Source of the DNA: a virus
IMG/VR virus record: IMGVR_UViG_3300042509_001467
Span: 16,668 to 80,667 of that record
Strand: one strand, 5' to 3'
Length of the DNA stretch: 64,000 nt
The notes beneath the pieces are model-generated. The model was not told the origin of the DNA, ran no database searches, and saw only the letters and a list, made by a program, of their open reading frames with translations. Below, piece after piece: positions 16,531 through 27,118 of this stretch (position 1 is the first letter of the stretch; each line of letters opens with the position of its first letter). The position numbers and the translations under genes were made by a program.

Positions 16531-16840
16531 ATTTCAATCCCCGTCTGGCAGAATCTATGAGGAACTGTTTCCAGCAGGAAAGGCTCCTAAAGAGATGATC
16601 GTTGACGACAATGGTATGTCGGTCATCGCTAGACGGATTGTATCAAAAGTGAATTTCAATGATTGGAGTTTATCACGTCAGAGAGAAGAGTCTGAGGACA
16701 TGGCTTACCAAAAAGCGAGTTATCAGAATGACACTCATGCTTCGCTCGGCTATAATCCAGAGACGGGCAAAAACCATACGATGAAGAGCTATGCCGATGC
16801 AGGGCATGGCAAACCAGTGGGGTTATCCAAAGATTTATGA
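16517..16840 (+). CDS. FmdB-like protein lacking zinc-ribbon cysteines
   Basis: MPIFEF..SG..YEEL...RRIVS resembles the FmdB N-terminus; pre-portal position is typical. Confidence 0.5.
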   Translation: MPIFEFQSPSGRIYEELFPAGKAPKEMIVDDNGMSVIARRIVSKVNFNDWSLSRQREESEDMAYQKASYQNDTHASLGYNPETGKNHTMKSYADAGHGKPVGLSKDL

Positions 16841-18618
16841 ACAGCTACCCAATAAGCAAGAAGTCCATTATCAATATGGCTGAATCGGCGGTAAGCCTCA
16901 CCTACTACGACCGCGCATGGGTACTCAAAATGTTCATGTGTGGGCAGTACGACTTTGGCAAGTCGCTTGCCGATCAAAGTGTACGCAAGTGGTCATCGGG
17001 CAGCACAGGCGATATTTTGCCAACCTACCCCGATGCAATCACAACCGACCAACCAGTAGGCGTCCAGAACTACGGGCTTGTCAACTCGCGCTATAACGTC
17101 CAGCGCATTGTATTTGCGGATGCAAGGTTCTCGTTTGACTTTGAGGATTCAAGAGAATCCGAGGTCAACAACGCATGGCTCAAAAAGATGTGGAGCCTTG
17201 GATCATGGTCTACCCCATTCATGGATGTGTGCTTTAGCTTTGAGCAGAACGGGATCGGGTTTGCCAAGTGCGGCGTATTGCCAGACGGAAGGATTCACTG
17301 GAAGTTTGTAGACCTGCACAACTGTATCTGGGATCATGAGACTCGGAACCCTAACGAGTACCGATGGTACATTACCCGCGACTTTCTCTCTATCGCAGAC
17401 GCGGCGGCAAAGTACGGTCACCTATTCTATGACCCCGTTCTAAGCGAGGTCGAAAATGGCAAGAACATTGTCTCCGAGATTGAGAGGTTAGCGACTAACG
17501 TTAGCTTTGAGAACGGGCAAGCCCGTGGAACCTGGAAGCAGTTAGTGGAGTGGGAGTACAACTCCTATGATAAGCACTGCGTCATTCTAGGCGATCTGCG
17601 TACCGGGCGCATGGCAAACTGGGACGAGAATACTGGTAAGTACCAATGGGCTAATACTGGCGGTAGCGACCTTGACGATCTTGCAGGACCACAACCGTTT
17701 GACTGTATCCCTATCGCAAAGATGTGGGACATCATTGTACCAGGTCGCGCTAGACCCGTAGGCAAGGCAGAGTTCACAATCTCGCAAGCCTCTAGGATGA
17801 ACCAGCTAGAGAGCGCAATGGGCGGCATCATTGATAACGCGCCACCGCTTAACGGTATCGCCATGAACCTGATTACGCCTGAGATGAAGAAGAAGCTCGA
17901 AGATGCAATCAGTATGGGTAACACCGATCCAAAGGAGATTATGAAGCTCATTGCCTTTGAGACGGACGATATTAAGAACGGCATTGTGCGCTTACCAGGA
18001 GCCGAATTCCCAGTATCTATGCTCCAGCTTAGAGGCGAGATGGCGAGAGAGATGACTGCCAGCACCGGGGTTAACGATAACGATAGGGGCAACACCTTAG
18101 ATGGTGACCGTGTTACCGCCCGTGAGGTTAGTACGATCAACTCTAAGACCGACGTTCAGCCAGGTCATATCCGTAAGCAGTACGCCGAGTTCTTGCAAGA
18201 GATCGCTAAGATTTCTCGTAAGGTAGGCGCGAAGTATTCGCGCTGGCAAGGCGCGATCTACTACGAGGCAGAAGGCTCTTTGCTCCAACTTGACCTAACA
18301 CGTTACCCGATCCATGTCTTCTTAAAGAAGGAGGCAGAGGTAACCGTATCGCCTGAATCCGTAGAGGGCTTGACCACCGAAGCGCGGCAACAGAAGCGTT
18401 TGCAACGGTTCGTCAACCTTGATTCGGTAGCGATGCAGATGGGCGTCGTTGACGCCGTAAAGGTATTTAAGGACGTATACCGCGCCTTTGGCGTGAATGA
18501 GTTTGACGCATTAAGACCCGACCAGCAAGCGGCGATGCCACCAGGTATGCCACCAGAAGGCGGGCAAGACCCAACAGCAGCACTTAACGAGGCACGAGGA
18601 ACACAACCACAATCATGA
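16837..18618 (+). CDS. Portal protein
   Basis: 593 aa after TerL; GIGFAKCG, TGVND..RG..TARE motifs of P22/T7-like portals; Q/M/P-rich tail. Confidence 0.85.
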   Translation: MNSYPISKKSIINMAESAVSLTYYDRAWVLKMFMCGQYDFGKSLADQSVRKWSSGSTGDILPTYPDAITTDQPVGVQNYGLVNSRYNVQRIVFADARFSFDFEDSRESEVNNAWLKKMWSLGSWSTPFMDVCFSFEQNGIGFAKCGVLPDGRIHWKFVDLHNCIWDHETRNPNEYRWYITRDFLSIADAAAKYGHLFYDPVLSEVENGKNIVSEIERLATNVSFENGQARGTWKQLVEWEYNSYDKHCVILGDLRTGRMANWDENTGKYQWANTGGSDLDDLAGPQPFDCIPIAKMWDIIVPGRARPVGKAEFTISQASRMNQLESAMGGIIDNAPPLNGIAMNLITPEMKKKLEDAISMGNTDPKEIMKLIAFETDDIKNGIVRLPGAEFPVSMLQLRGEMAREMTASTGVNDNDRGNTLDGDRVTAREVSTINSKTDVQPGHIRKQYAEFLQEIAKISRKVGAKYSRWQGAIYYEAEGSLLQLDLTRYPIHVFLKKEAEVTVSPESVEGLTTEARQQKRLQRFVNLDSVAMQMGVVDAVKVFKDVYRAFGVNEFDALRPDQQAAMPPGMPPEGGQDPTAALNEARGTQPQS

Positions 18619-19442
18619 GTACCCCAATAGAAGCACCCGCCGCAGTAGCGGCACCAGTAGTAGAAACCCCGGTATCTAACCCGTGGGCTGACATCGTAGA
18701 GGGCATGAAGCCCGAAGCTACAGAGGCAACCCCGGTAGCCGAAGCCCCAGTCGAGGCTCCGCCAGTCGTAACCCCGCCACCTGTTCAGATTGATCCGAAC
18801 GAGTTTGCAAGTTTGCGAGAAGAGATGGACGCGCTAAGGAACCAAGTCGCGCCGCCACCTGCTCCCGCATTGCCACACTATGCGGGTTACTTTGACGATC
18901 ATAGCGGCTTTACGTCAAGCGTAGACGTTGCCAATATCAGGGAGCTTTACTCTGAGTCTGCTCCTGAGATGGTGCAAATGGCTGAGGATTATGCGAGGCT
19001 TGTAGACGTAGTAAACAATGCGATCTTGCCGATGCTTAACCAGACGCGGCAACAAGCCGCGACCTTCCAGCCTATTGCTCAGTCTCAGATGGTGGAGCAA
19101 GTCAAGTCTACGTTTGAGCAAGCCGCACAATCTATCAAGTCTAAATTAGGAGTTGAACTGAGTGGCGACGAGTTGGGACGAGGAATGATAGAGAATTTGC
19201 CTAAATTGATCGAAGCAAACGGTAATACGTATACACCTGCTGATCTAGAACGGTGGTGGTATTCGTATAATATTGATAAAGTGTTAGCGGCTAAGGGCAA
19301 CCCTGCGCCGTCTGACAATCAAGCACCTGCGTTTCCAGTAGCACCTCCGGTCAACGGAGTCTCTGCGGTTACCCCAGGGGCGGCGACGACGACGGAGAGC
19401 CGTATCTTTGCGGCGTTCCAGAATGGTAACCAAGGAAAATAA
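18615..19442 (+). CDS. Scaffolding protein
   Basis: Pro/Ala/Glu-rich, between portal and capsid. Confidence 0.65.
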   Translation: MSTPIEAPAAVAAPVVETPVSNPWADIVEGMKPEATEATPVAEAPVEAPPVVTPPPVQIDPNEFASLREEMDALRNQVAPPPAPALPHYAGYFDDHSGFTSSVDVANIRELYSESAPEMVQMAEDYARLVDVVNNAILPMLNQTRQQAATFQPIAQSQMVEQVKSTFEQAAQSIKSKLGVELSGDELGRGMIENLPKLIEANGNTYTPADLERWWYSYNIDKVLAAKGNPAPSDNQAPAFPVAPPVNGVSAVTPGAATTTESRIFAAFQNGNQGK

Positions 19443-19444
19443 CA

Positions 19445-20599
19445 ATGAGCGTAACAGGCGTACAACAAGCATTTTCGCAAGGCATCAAAGAAGGCTTCCT
19501 TCGGCGACCTTTCAACGACACTCCGGGCTTTGTCCAGCTACTCGCTGGTCTTGACGGTCTATATGCCCGTTCCGAACAGGGGCGAATGGCACAAGGCGGC
19601 GTCATGTCCGTACCTGCAACCCGAATCAAGGTCGGTAGCGACGTAGGTGGCGACAACATCATCTGGGGCATCGGTGGTGCCGACGTGACTGCACTTGGCG
19701 TATCTGCCTTGACTGGCAACGTCAACGATCTTATCTCTCCACTTGAAGAAGCGGCAGAAGACTTTCTTGCAAAGCAGGGCTTTACTTACGTTCAGTCCCC
19801 TCCTATCGCTCTCAAAGATGCGATCATCGAGAAGGTTTCCAAGAACCCAACCGATTTGATGGAGTTTGTTCGCAACAAGTCCGAGCAAGTTGCTCGTTCG
19901 TTCGTCAACAAGATTAATGCCGACATCTTCCCGCAAGCTACACTTGTCTCCGCATCTGCGGCTGGCAATACGCAAGCGGCAAGCGAAACCCAGTTTGAGT
20001 CGTTCTACCGCGCGCTCTCTACTGGTCAGCAGCACCAAGGCACAGGCACTAGCCTCAGCTACGTTGTTAACGGCATTGAGGTTGGCACTGACAACACTCG
20101 GCTCCGCGCAATCCAATGGGGTGCAGAGAACTCTGGTACAGCGTTCACAATCCGCGCCTTCCGCGAAAACGTTCTTATGCCACTCCGAAAGAGAGGTCAT
20201 AACCCAGACATCGCGCTCGTCAATGCGGTCGGCTTTGCCGCTCTCCAAAACTCGCTTGAAGGTACCAACCTCCAATACGGGCTTACAGAGACGCTTGACT
20301 TCGGTATCCAGGTCATCACCATTGATGGCGTCCGGTTCATCTATGAGCCGCGAATGGACACCTACACCAACGCATCTGCCGCTAACATCAACCAAATGTA
20401 TGTTGGTTGCTCCGACTCCCTAGAGTTCCGCATGAAGGCTCTTGGCGATCATGGCAACGACATCTCTTCTGGTTCGTTCCAACTCAAGGAGCATCCTCAG
20501 TCCGTGTCTATGAAGATCATTCAAGCCGCGATGTCTGGTGCTTACATTAACAAGTACCCATTCAAGTGGGCGCAAGTTAACAACGTTACCTTCGCATAA
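19445..20599 (+). CDS. Major capsid protein
   Basis: 384 aa, strong codon bias, follows scaffold, downstream hairpin. Confidence 0.75.
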   Translation: MSVTGVQQAFSQGIKEGFLRRPFNDTPGFVQLLAGLDGLYARSEQGRMAQGGVMSVPATRIKVGSDVGGDNIIWGIGGADVTALGVSALTGNVNDLISPLEEAAEDFLAKQGFTYVQSPPIALKDAIIEKVSKNPTDLMEFVRNKSEQVARSFVNKINADIFPQATLVSASAAGNTQAASETQFESFYRALSTGQQHQGTGTSLSYVVNGIEVGTDNTRLRAIQWGAENSGTAFTIRAFRENVLMPLRKRGHNPDIALVNAVGFAALQNSLEGTNLQYGLTETLDFGIQVITIDGVRFIYEPRMDTYTNASAANINQMYVGCSDSLEFRMKALGDHGNDISSGSFQLKEHPQSVSMKIIQAAMSGAYINKYPFKWAQVNNVTFA

Positions 20600-20628
20600 G
20601 GTCTTTTAACCAAACACCTCCACAGCCA

Positions 20629-20654
20629 GCCCCCTTAACCGGGGGCAAAATTTT
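20629..20654 (+). terminator. Stem-loop after the capsid gene
   Basis: GCCCCC-TTAACC-GGGGGC-AAAATTTT. Confidence 0.5.
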
Positions 20655-21269
20655 ATGACATTCCTTGAACTCATGACCGACGTGGTTGCATATCTCAAAT
20701 GGGATGGTGCAGGAATTGTCACACCAGACGTTACTAACTCTGGGTTCAAAACAGAAGTAAACAAACTCGTCTCTGAGTTTGTCACCGATACCTGGTGCTA
20801 CTACGTTACGAATAAGTCTGCCACTCTCGCAGCAAGTTCTGACGTTGCGACACTCGGCTCCAAGATTTTCTATCCAACTCGCGTCATTATTCACAGCAAG
20901 GTCATTCCGCTTGTTGGCGTCAATGAGAAGATCGAGTCCCAAATTACCGCGCCTAGCAATGGTGAGCCAAGCTACTACTGGATTCTCTCCGGTGAGCGTA
21001 TTCAGTTTGATAAGCCCGTGTCTACGGCGGTCGCTGCTGGAACGCACAGGATTGACGGGTTTGCTGGTCACCCTGCTCTTTCTAACGATTCTGATGTGGT
21101 TCATGTTGACGAGCGTTGGCGACGTGCCTTGGCGTTCTACTGCGCCTTTCATATTGCGGCTCCGATTGCTTCTGACCCGATCACGGTAGGCAGGTTGAAT
21201 TCTTACATTCAGGAGGCAGAGCGCATGATGGATAAGATGCGCGGCGTTTATCGTGCGAGGTATAGCTAA
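20655..21269 (+). CDS. Head-tail adaptor / tail tubular protein A
   Basis: MTFLEL, GEPSYY, LS.DSD....ERW..AL..Y pattern; position. Confidence 0.7.
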   Translation: MTFLELMTDVVAYLKWDGAGIVTPDVTNSGFKTEVNKLVSEFVTDTWCYYVTNKSATLAASSDVATLGSKIFYPTRVIIHSKVIPLVGVNEKIESQITAPSNGEPSYYWILSGERIQFDKPVSTAVAAGTHRIDGFAGHPALSNDSDVVHVDERWRRALAFYCAFHIAAPIASDPITVGRLNSYIQEAERMMDKMRGVYRARYS

Positions 21270-23908
21270 TGCGGCTAAACCTGAACTCACGGTTGCAGGA
21301 GCCAGTACGGTACGAAGTGCCAGCAAGACCGAGCGCGTCTACCCTTGACTCAACCGCTCTTAACGATAACACCCTAGCCTACATTCTGAATGGGTCAATC
21401 GAGAAGGGCGTCTTCTCGGCGTCTCGGAGGTACAGGACGTGGGGCAACGCACCGACCACCACCGCATCAGGAGCATGGACGGCATCTTGCCTTGCAAGCA
21501 TCTCGGGTACATCGGGTTGCGAGAAGCTAATCTTGATGACCCGCGACAACGCGGGTACGGGCTTTCAGTTTTATTCTGCCAACGTATCTGCAAGTGCAAG
21601 CGCGGCGGCTAACGTCTTTGGTACTGCCTACGGTGGGTTCACAGAGGCGACGGGCGAGTGGGTAGGACATCAGCACCTAGACCGCGCCTTCTTTGTTGGT
21701 GGCACGAACGGTAACGTTCGCATGATCTCTTCTATTTGCGGTACGCCTAGCGTATCTGCAATGGTCAAGAAAGCAGCCTTTCCAAGCAATCAGGTCGTCG
21801 CAAGCTACCGAACTGCCGTCTCCGATTACTTAACAACGCTTGGCAGAAATGGAGCGCAAACATTCCCGCACCCTTCTGATGGCGGCTTAACTTTAATCAA
21901 CGCTCCTGATACTTCGTTTGTCATCAGTAGCGTTACGTACAGTATTAGTGGCAAGGTTGTTAACTATGCCGACAATCTTGCAATTACAGCGGCGGGTACT
22001 ACTGCCGACGGCGCAATCAGTAGTAGCGGATACCTTACTTATTGGAACATTAGTGGCACAGGCGGCGCACCTTCAAACGTTCTTGACTATACATTCCAGA
22101 CCGCGCAAGACTATGATGATTGCGATTACTTCTATGTGAAGTACACCGTGAAAGATTTAAGCGGCGGCGGTTTACCAGTTTTTGAAACATCGTACACCAC
22201 GGCTCAGGCTCAGGTTAGCGTACAAAAAGATGGGTCTGGGACGTGGACGGATTTAACTTGCCAAGTCACGGTGGCAACCGTGTCTACTACCCGCGATACC
22301 GTCCATGTATGGTGCGACCTTACAGGGGTTGCGGCAGATATTCGTGGGGCAATCAAGAAGATTCGTTTCCCGATGCTTTCGCAATCTGGAACGACGTTGC
22401 CAGACGCCTACGACATTAACTTCCACAAGGGCGGCAAGGCATACAAGATGCAAAACCAGGTTACAGATACCCTGTCTGTAACAACGCCTCCGCAAGAAGA
22501 TTTAGAGTATTACGTTCGCTACGTATCAAGTGATGGGCTTACGGTTAGCAAGGCAATTAGGGTAACTGTCCCGCCGTCGGCGCATGAAGGGGTTCGCCCT
22601 AGTGCGGCATTGCCAAAGATCGGCGGCGTCGTCACAATTACCACCTCAGAGGCGACCGCGCCTTGGGGCGGTAGTTCGCTTATCAAGGTCTACCGAAAGG
22701 TAACGGTTCGCGAAACCGAAGAAACCAGATATTACTTGCTTGACGGGGTGGAGTCTAACGCTGGGGGCGGGGTCTACACTGATTACTACTCTGACAAGGA
22801 TTTGCTTAATAGCACCTTGACGTACACGGCTGCCTTTGACGAGGCGGGCGAGTTAGAAGATGGCGTAGACCTCATTACCAACATGGTAGCAGGTTGCACC
22901 TGGAAGGGGGCAAACGTCCTGTTTGACCGCTCGGGGCTTGCTTATTTCTCTAAGGTTGGCACGTACAACGAATTTCTATTCCCAGGCGACGGTACAGAGA
23001 TTGACGATCAGGACGTATCACGTCCGCGCTTTATCCAGATCACGCCTAACGGCTTGCCAATTATCGCGGGTATCGGGCAGGACGCGCTCTATATGTTTGC
23101 GGTAGACCGCATCTATGCGATGGCTGGCGACTACCCTTCGTCGGCTCCACCCGCAAGTATCTTGCCAAACCTAGGCGGCGTACTCAGTAGCCGCGCTTGC
23201 GCTCCATACTTCGGGGGCGTGGTCTACGGTGCTTCTGATGGGCTATGGTCTATTGAAGTGCCTTATGGCTTCAATGGATCGGCAGAGCAGGTTAGGGCAA
23301 ACGAGCTGACCAAGAACCATCGAGATTGCTGGGAGTGGGTCAAGTCTGGCGGTACGTCCAATATGTGCGTAGCCATTGACCGTAACAGCCGCGACATCTG
23401 GGTGTTTAACAATAGTAGGGCATTGACGTACACGCCTGAGACGGGATGGGCTAGGATTGAGTGGGCGGTATCTGACTCGGTTCTCTTCTGCCGACATCAC
23501 CATTTGTATGGCACTATTTTGGTGCATAGTTCTCGGAAGGCTTCGGTCATTGGGGCGTTTACGACTGATGCTGCTACCGATCCAAACGGGACGACGGGTG
23601 GCACTGCCTTTACTGCGACTTTTGAGACGAAGAAGTTTGACGCGCCGTTACGTATTTTGAGGGTGCAAACGTACCTACAAAGTGCGTCTTCAACAACAGG
23701 AGCATCTTTGACTGCAATCTCCGAGCGGGGTGGTACTCAAAGTGTTAGCTTTAATGGCGCATCTCCGGTGTATAATGCACCTTGGAGTACAACGAGTTTC
23801 CCGTCGGGTGGACGCTGGATTAAGTTTCAACTAAGCCTAACGCCGGGTACGACGGTCGAGGCTTGCGTTTTATCGCTGGCGACTCACGATCAATACAGAG
23901 GAAAATAA
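21269..23908 (+). CDS. Tail tubular protein B / nozzle
   Basis: 879 aa beta-rich; YFS.VG, G.LS.R, C-terminal FETKKFD; position. Confidence 0.7.
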   Translation: MRLNLNSRLQEPVRYEVPARPSASTLDSTALNDNTLAYILNGSIEKGVFSASRRYRTWGNAPTTTASGAWTASCLASISGTSGCEKLILMTRDNAGTGFQFYSANVSASASAAANVFGTAYGGFTEATGEWVGHQHLDRAFFVGGTNGNVRMISSICGTPSVSAMVKKAAFPSNQVVASYRTAVSDYLTTLGRNGAQTFPHPSDGGLTLINAPDTSFVISSVTYSISGKVVNYADNLAITAAGTTADGAISSSGYLTYWNISGTGGAPSNVLDYTFQTAQDYDDCDYFYVKYTVKDLSGGGLPVFETSYTTAQAQVSVQKDGSGTWTDLTCQVTVATVSTTRDTVHVWCDLTGVAADIRGAIKKIRFPMLSQSGTTLPDAYDINFHKGGKAYKMQNQVTDTLSVTTPPQEDLEYYVRYVSSDGLTVSKAIRVTVPPSAHEGVRPSAALPKIGGVVTITTSEATAPWGGSSLIKVYRKVTVRETEETRYYLLDGVESNAGGGVYTDYYSDKDLLNSTLTYTAAFDEAGELEDGVDLITNMVAGCTWKGANVLFDRSGLAYFSKVGTYNEFLFPGDGTEIDDQDVSRPRFIQITPNGLPIIAGIGQDALYMFAVDRIYAMAGDYPSSAPPASILPNLGGVLSSRACAPYFGGVVYGASDGLWSIEVPYGFNGSAEQVRANELTKNHRDCWEWVKSGGTSNMCVAIDRNSRDIWVFNNSRALTYTPETGWARIEWAVSDSVLFCRHHHLYGTILVHSSRKASVIGAFTTDAATDPNGTTGGTAFTATFETKKFDAPLRILRVQTYLQSASSTTGASLTAISERGGTQSVSFNGASPVYNAPWSTTSFPSGGRWIKFQLSLTPGTTVEACVLSLATHDQYRGK

Positions 23909-24684
23909 TGAATAACGAAACAAACCTAAACGCTCAGGTGAGCGATGTACTACTAGATCGTCGTAGCTTCGGCGGTACAGTGCGACCTTTGCCAATCGTA
24001 GCTGCTGCATTTGCAAGCAACGACTATTGGCTCATCACAGGAACGACTGGAAACGCAGGACTTGCTACAGCCCCAGCATTGCTTACTGGTCGCGTTGGGC
24101 AGAGCATTACATTCTCCGCAACAGATGCGACATCGCTTTCGGCTACATCGGTGCCGGGCGGTTGTGCGTTTTCAAACGTTGGCGACGAGTTGACTTGCGA
24201 GTACGAGATTGCATTTGACACAAATTTCCACGACGATCTTGGATTCTTCTACGGCGTAGGTAGCACTCTTGCTCCTGTTCTCGCAGACTCCATCGCTATC
24301 GCGGATACCGTAGGTGTTCAAAAGTTAGTTGCTGGCACAGGGCTTGATTTTATCACTCGAACCGCATCTGGTACAGTTACTCGTACTGCAATTCCAGGCG
24401 TCACTTTTGCCGCTGGAACCCGGTACCTGATTCGGTTTACAGTGCGAAAGACTGCGATTACAACCACTTCTGCGGATTACCGAGTTGAAGTGATTGAAAA
24501 CGCTCTTGCTAACGGTGGAACTGTTGGCGGCACTGGCAAGACCTATCGGCTTGAAGGTTCCACAACAACCCTTCCAGCAACGACCACTCTCTTGGTGAAT
24601 ACTCAGGCATACCTCGGCAGTGCGGTGGACTCTATCAAGTTCACAGTATTCGGCGACGCTTGCCGATTCATCACTAAGGTCTAA
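23908..24684 (+). CDS. Virion structural protein
   Basis: Thr/Gly/Ala-rich beta protein in the tail module. Confidence 0.55.
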   Translation: MNNETNLNAQVSDVLLDRRSFGGTVRPLPIVAAAFASNDYWLITGTTGNAGLATAPALLTGRVGQSITFSATDATSLSATSVPGGCAFSNVGDELTCEYEIAFDTNFHDDLGFFYGVGSTLAPVLADSIAIADTVGVQKLVAGTGLDFITRTASGTVTRTAIPGVTFAAGTRYLIRFTVRKTAITTTSADYRVEVIENALANGGTVGGTGKTYRLEGSTTTLPATTTLLVNTQAYLGSAVDSIKFTVFGDACRFITKV

Positions 24685-24690
24685 AATAAC

Positions 24691-25368
24691 ATGGCGATTG
24701 ATCCAGTAACAGGTGCGGCTTTAATTCAAGGCGGGTTTGGGCTTCTTGGCTCTCTCTTCGGGGGGAAGAAGAAGGCTCCGCGTAACCCGTTCCTCGATTC
24801 TCAACGGGCGGCACTTGACGCCGCCCAGGGCATCGTTCGGAATACGAACCTTACTGACCTAGACCAGAAACTTCTGGAGAACTACCGGAATGAGATCAAT
24901 CGCCAATCCGAACGCGCTATCTCGGCTCAAAACGCCTCTGACTTTGCTCGTAACGATCAGCCACTTGTGGACTCCGAAAGGGGTGTAGCTCGTGGCGTGA
25001 TCGCTCGTAGCGGGGCAGAGGCGTTAGCCAATCTCTCTACCCAGCTTGACGCTTCGCGTCCTGACCGTGGTATTGGAATGTGGGAGCGCATCGCCTCTAT
25101 GAGCGGCGCAGGGTACGGCAACCAGGCTAACCAGAATCAGATGGATATGCAAGCGCAATCTTCTTACGATCAGGGGCTTGCTGGTATCGCTGACCTTGTG
25201 ACCAGGAGCATGAAGCCAAAGGTTTCTGGTGGATCAACCGCTAATCGATCACCTGAGACTTCTGCCTATATGTCTGGATCGGCTAGGAGCCTGAACCCTT
25301 ACGTAGACTTAGGCAATTACATTCAGAGTCAGATCGGCGCACCCGCCTATACTCGAAGAGACGTATAG
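24691..25368 (+). CDS. Ejection / internal virion protein
   Basis: MAIDPVTGAALIQGGFGLLGSLFGG N-terminus typical of DNA-pilot proteins. Confidence 0.65.
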   Translation: MAIDPVTGAALIQGGFGLLGSLFGGKKKAPRNPFLDSQRAALDAAQGIVRNTNLTDLDQKLLENYRNEINRQSERAISAQNASDFARNDQPLVDSERGVARGVIARSGAEALANLSTQLDASRPDRGIGMWERIASMSGAGYGNQANQNQMDMQAQSSYDQGLAGIADLVTRSMKPKVSGGSTANRSPETSAYMSGSARSLNPYVDLGNYIQSQIGAPAYTRRDV

Positions 25369-25370
25369 TT

Positions 25371-25565
25371 ATGTTTAATCAGAAGTTAAAGCCAGTTTCT
25401 ATGGACGAGTTCTATAGCCAGGTTGCCGCAATGGTAGACCCGGCTTCTTTGCCAGGTTCTATGCCTATGCCCGAGCAGGGCATGGAGGTAGAGGATGAGG
25501 ACGAGAAGATGATGGCTAAGATCGCAGGAATGGGTATGCCGGACATGATGCCAGGTGGGTATTGA
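25371..25565 (+). CDS. Small Met/Glu-rich protein
   Basis: Fills the gap in the operon. Confidence 0.5.
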   Translation: MFNQKLKPVSMDEFYSQVAAMVDPASLPGSMPMPEQGMEVEDEDEKMMAKIAGMGMPDMMPGGY

Positions 25566-27118
25566 TGCGATTGCCAAACCAAGTAAACCTTGACGGGGTA
25601 TCGCAAACCCTTGGTCTTGATCCTACGTCAATCCTAAGATTGCCTAAGACTGAGGCTAAGAAGGGTGTTGACCAGGTTATCAAGTCGAGCTTCGACTTCA
25701 TGCGTATTCCTGACCTTACGCCAGGTGAGCTGCTTGATGCAAGCGACACAGAGGGGACGTTAAAGAGAACGGCTACCGATGGAGTGCAATCAGGGCAAAC
25801 ATTAGCGGATACTGCGGCGACCACCATTGAGAATTTGAACGCCATGCGAATGGCTCCACCTACGGTTGATCCAGAGCAAACTCAGGACGCATACGGCATG
25901 ATTAACACGCCTATGCCGACCATGCAAGACACGACGATTGACCAATGGAATCCAGCGTACCGCAACTTCGCTATCGGCTCCGCGATTGGCAACTTGTTCA
26001 GCGGTCGCGGCTTAGACGGTGCTATCCAGCAGTTCGGGGCGTTCGCTGATACCCAGCAGAATCAGGCTCAACTTGCGTACCAGAAGCAAGTAGCTGAGGC
26101 TACTCAGCGGCGGCAGACAGGGCTTGATAAGCTAAAGATTATTCAGGACATCTACGGTACTGATCGGCAGGTCTTTAACGACCAGAGCGATAGCATTGAT
26201 CGGCAGATCAAGATTGTCCAAGACGCTGAGAACCGAAGGCTTGACAACGAGGCTAAGATGGATCGGGTGATGTATCAAGCCGAGGCGAGTATGGATCGAG
26301 TTCTAGCAAAGGGCGAACTTGACGCGGCGCAAGGTAAGGACACCGCTGAGAGTAAGCTAAGAACTGAGCTATTCAAAATTGTAACAACAGGCAACCGCGA
26401 ACACTATATCAACGCGGCAAAGTTGCTCAACGAAATTACCCCAGGGCTGAACTTGCCTACTGACAAGAATCGGGAATGGACTCAGAAAGAGCTTGACCTT
26501 ATGAGCAAGATCATTTACCGAGATAGGATTCTTGGACCAACGATTGCTGGCATTGAGGCTGGCACAAAGCTAAAAGAAGAGCAAGCAAAGCAAACTGCGA
26601 CTCGAACCAAGGTCTTGGAGCAAGAGTTCAAGTGGTTTGGTCAAACTAAGGCGGCGCAGATCGCAAAAATTTACGCCGACATTGAGAACATGAGTACCGA
26701 CAATGTTCTCAACCGTGAGGTCTTTGAGCAGAAGAAGAACGACATTTCTAAGTTGATGAACGGCACAATGTCGGCTCAAAGAGATGCGGTTAGCACTGCT
26801 CAGAAAGAGGTTCAAGGTCTTCGTGATCGCTTGACTAAGTTCCAAGCCGATCTAGCCAAGGTTGCCAAACCAACCCAGGCAGAACTTGACACGTTGCAAG
26901 GCATCAAGAATTCGTTGAAGATGGCTAAGGATAACCACACCAAGCAGTTTGCAATTTTGGAATCCATTATCAAAAAGAATGTTGAAGTCATAGCAAAAAT
27001 TGACGAAAAGTACAAAGGTTTTAGCATTGAAACTCCTGCCGAGAATAGCGGGGCAGTCAGCCCTCTATTCCCTGATTTGTCTGGGGGTATTGGACCCAAC
27101 GCGAGGAATAGACCCTAA
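25562..27118 (+). CDS. Ejection / internal virion protein (coiled coil)
   Basis: Helical, Q/K-rich; position. Confidence 0.6.
   Translation: MMRLPNQVNLDGVSQTLGLDPTSILRLPKTEAKKGVDQVIKSSFDFMRIPDLTPGELLDASDTEGTLKRTATDGVQSGQTLADTAATTIENLNAMRMAPPTVDPEQTQDAYGMINTPMPTMQDTTIDQWNPAYRNFAIGSAIGNLFSGRGLDGAIQQFGAFADTQQNQAQLAYQKQVAEATQRRQTGLDKLKIIQDIYGTDRQVFNDQSDSIDRQIKIVQDAENRRLDNEAKMDRVMYQAEASMDRVLAKGELDAAQGKDTAESKLRTELFKIVTTGNREHYINAAKLLNEITPGLNLPTDKNREWTQKELDLMSKIIYRDRILGPTIAGIEAGTKLKEEQAKQTATRTKVLEQEFKWFGQTKAAQIAKIYADIENMSTDNVLNREVFEQKKNDISKLMNGTMSAQRDAVSTAQKEVQGLRDRLTKFQADLAKVAKPTQAELDTLQGIKNSLKMAKDNHTKQFAILESIIKKNVEVIAKIDEKYKGFSIETPAENSGAVSPLFPDLSGGIGPNARNRP

Noticed and set aside
19559-20395. 278-aa antisense ORF opposite phage A capsid
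   Set aside because: Shadow frame expected from strong codon bias in a highly expressed gene; no RBS or motif.
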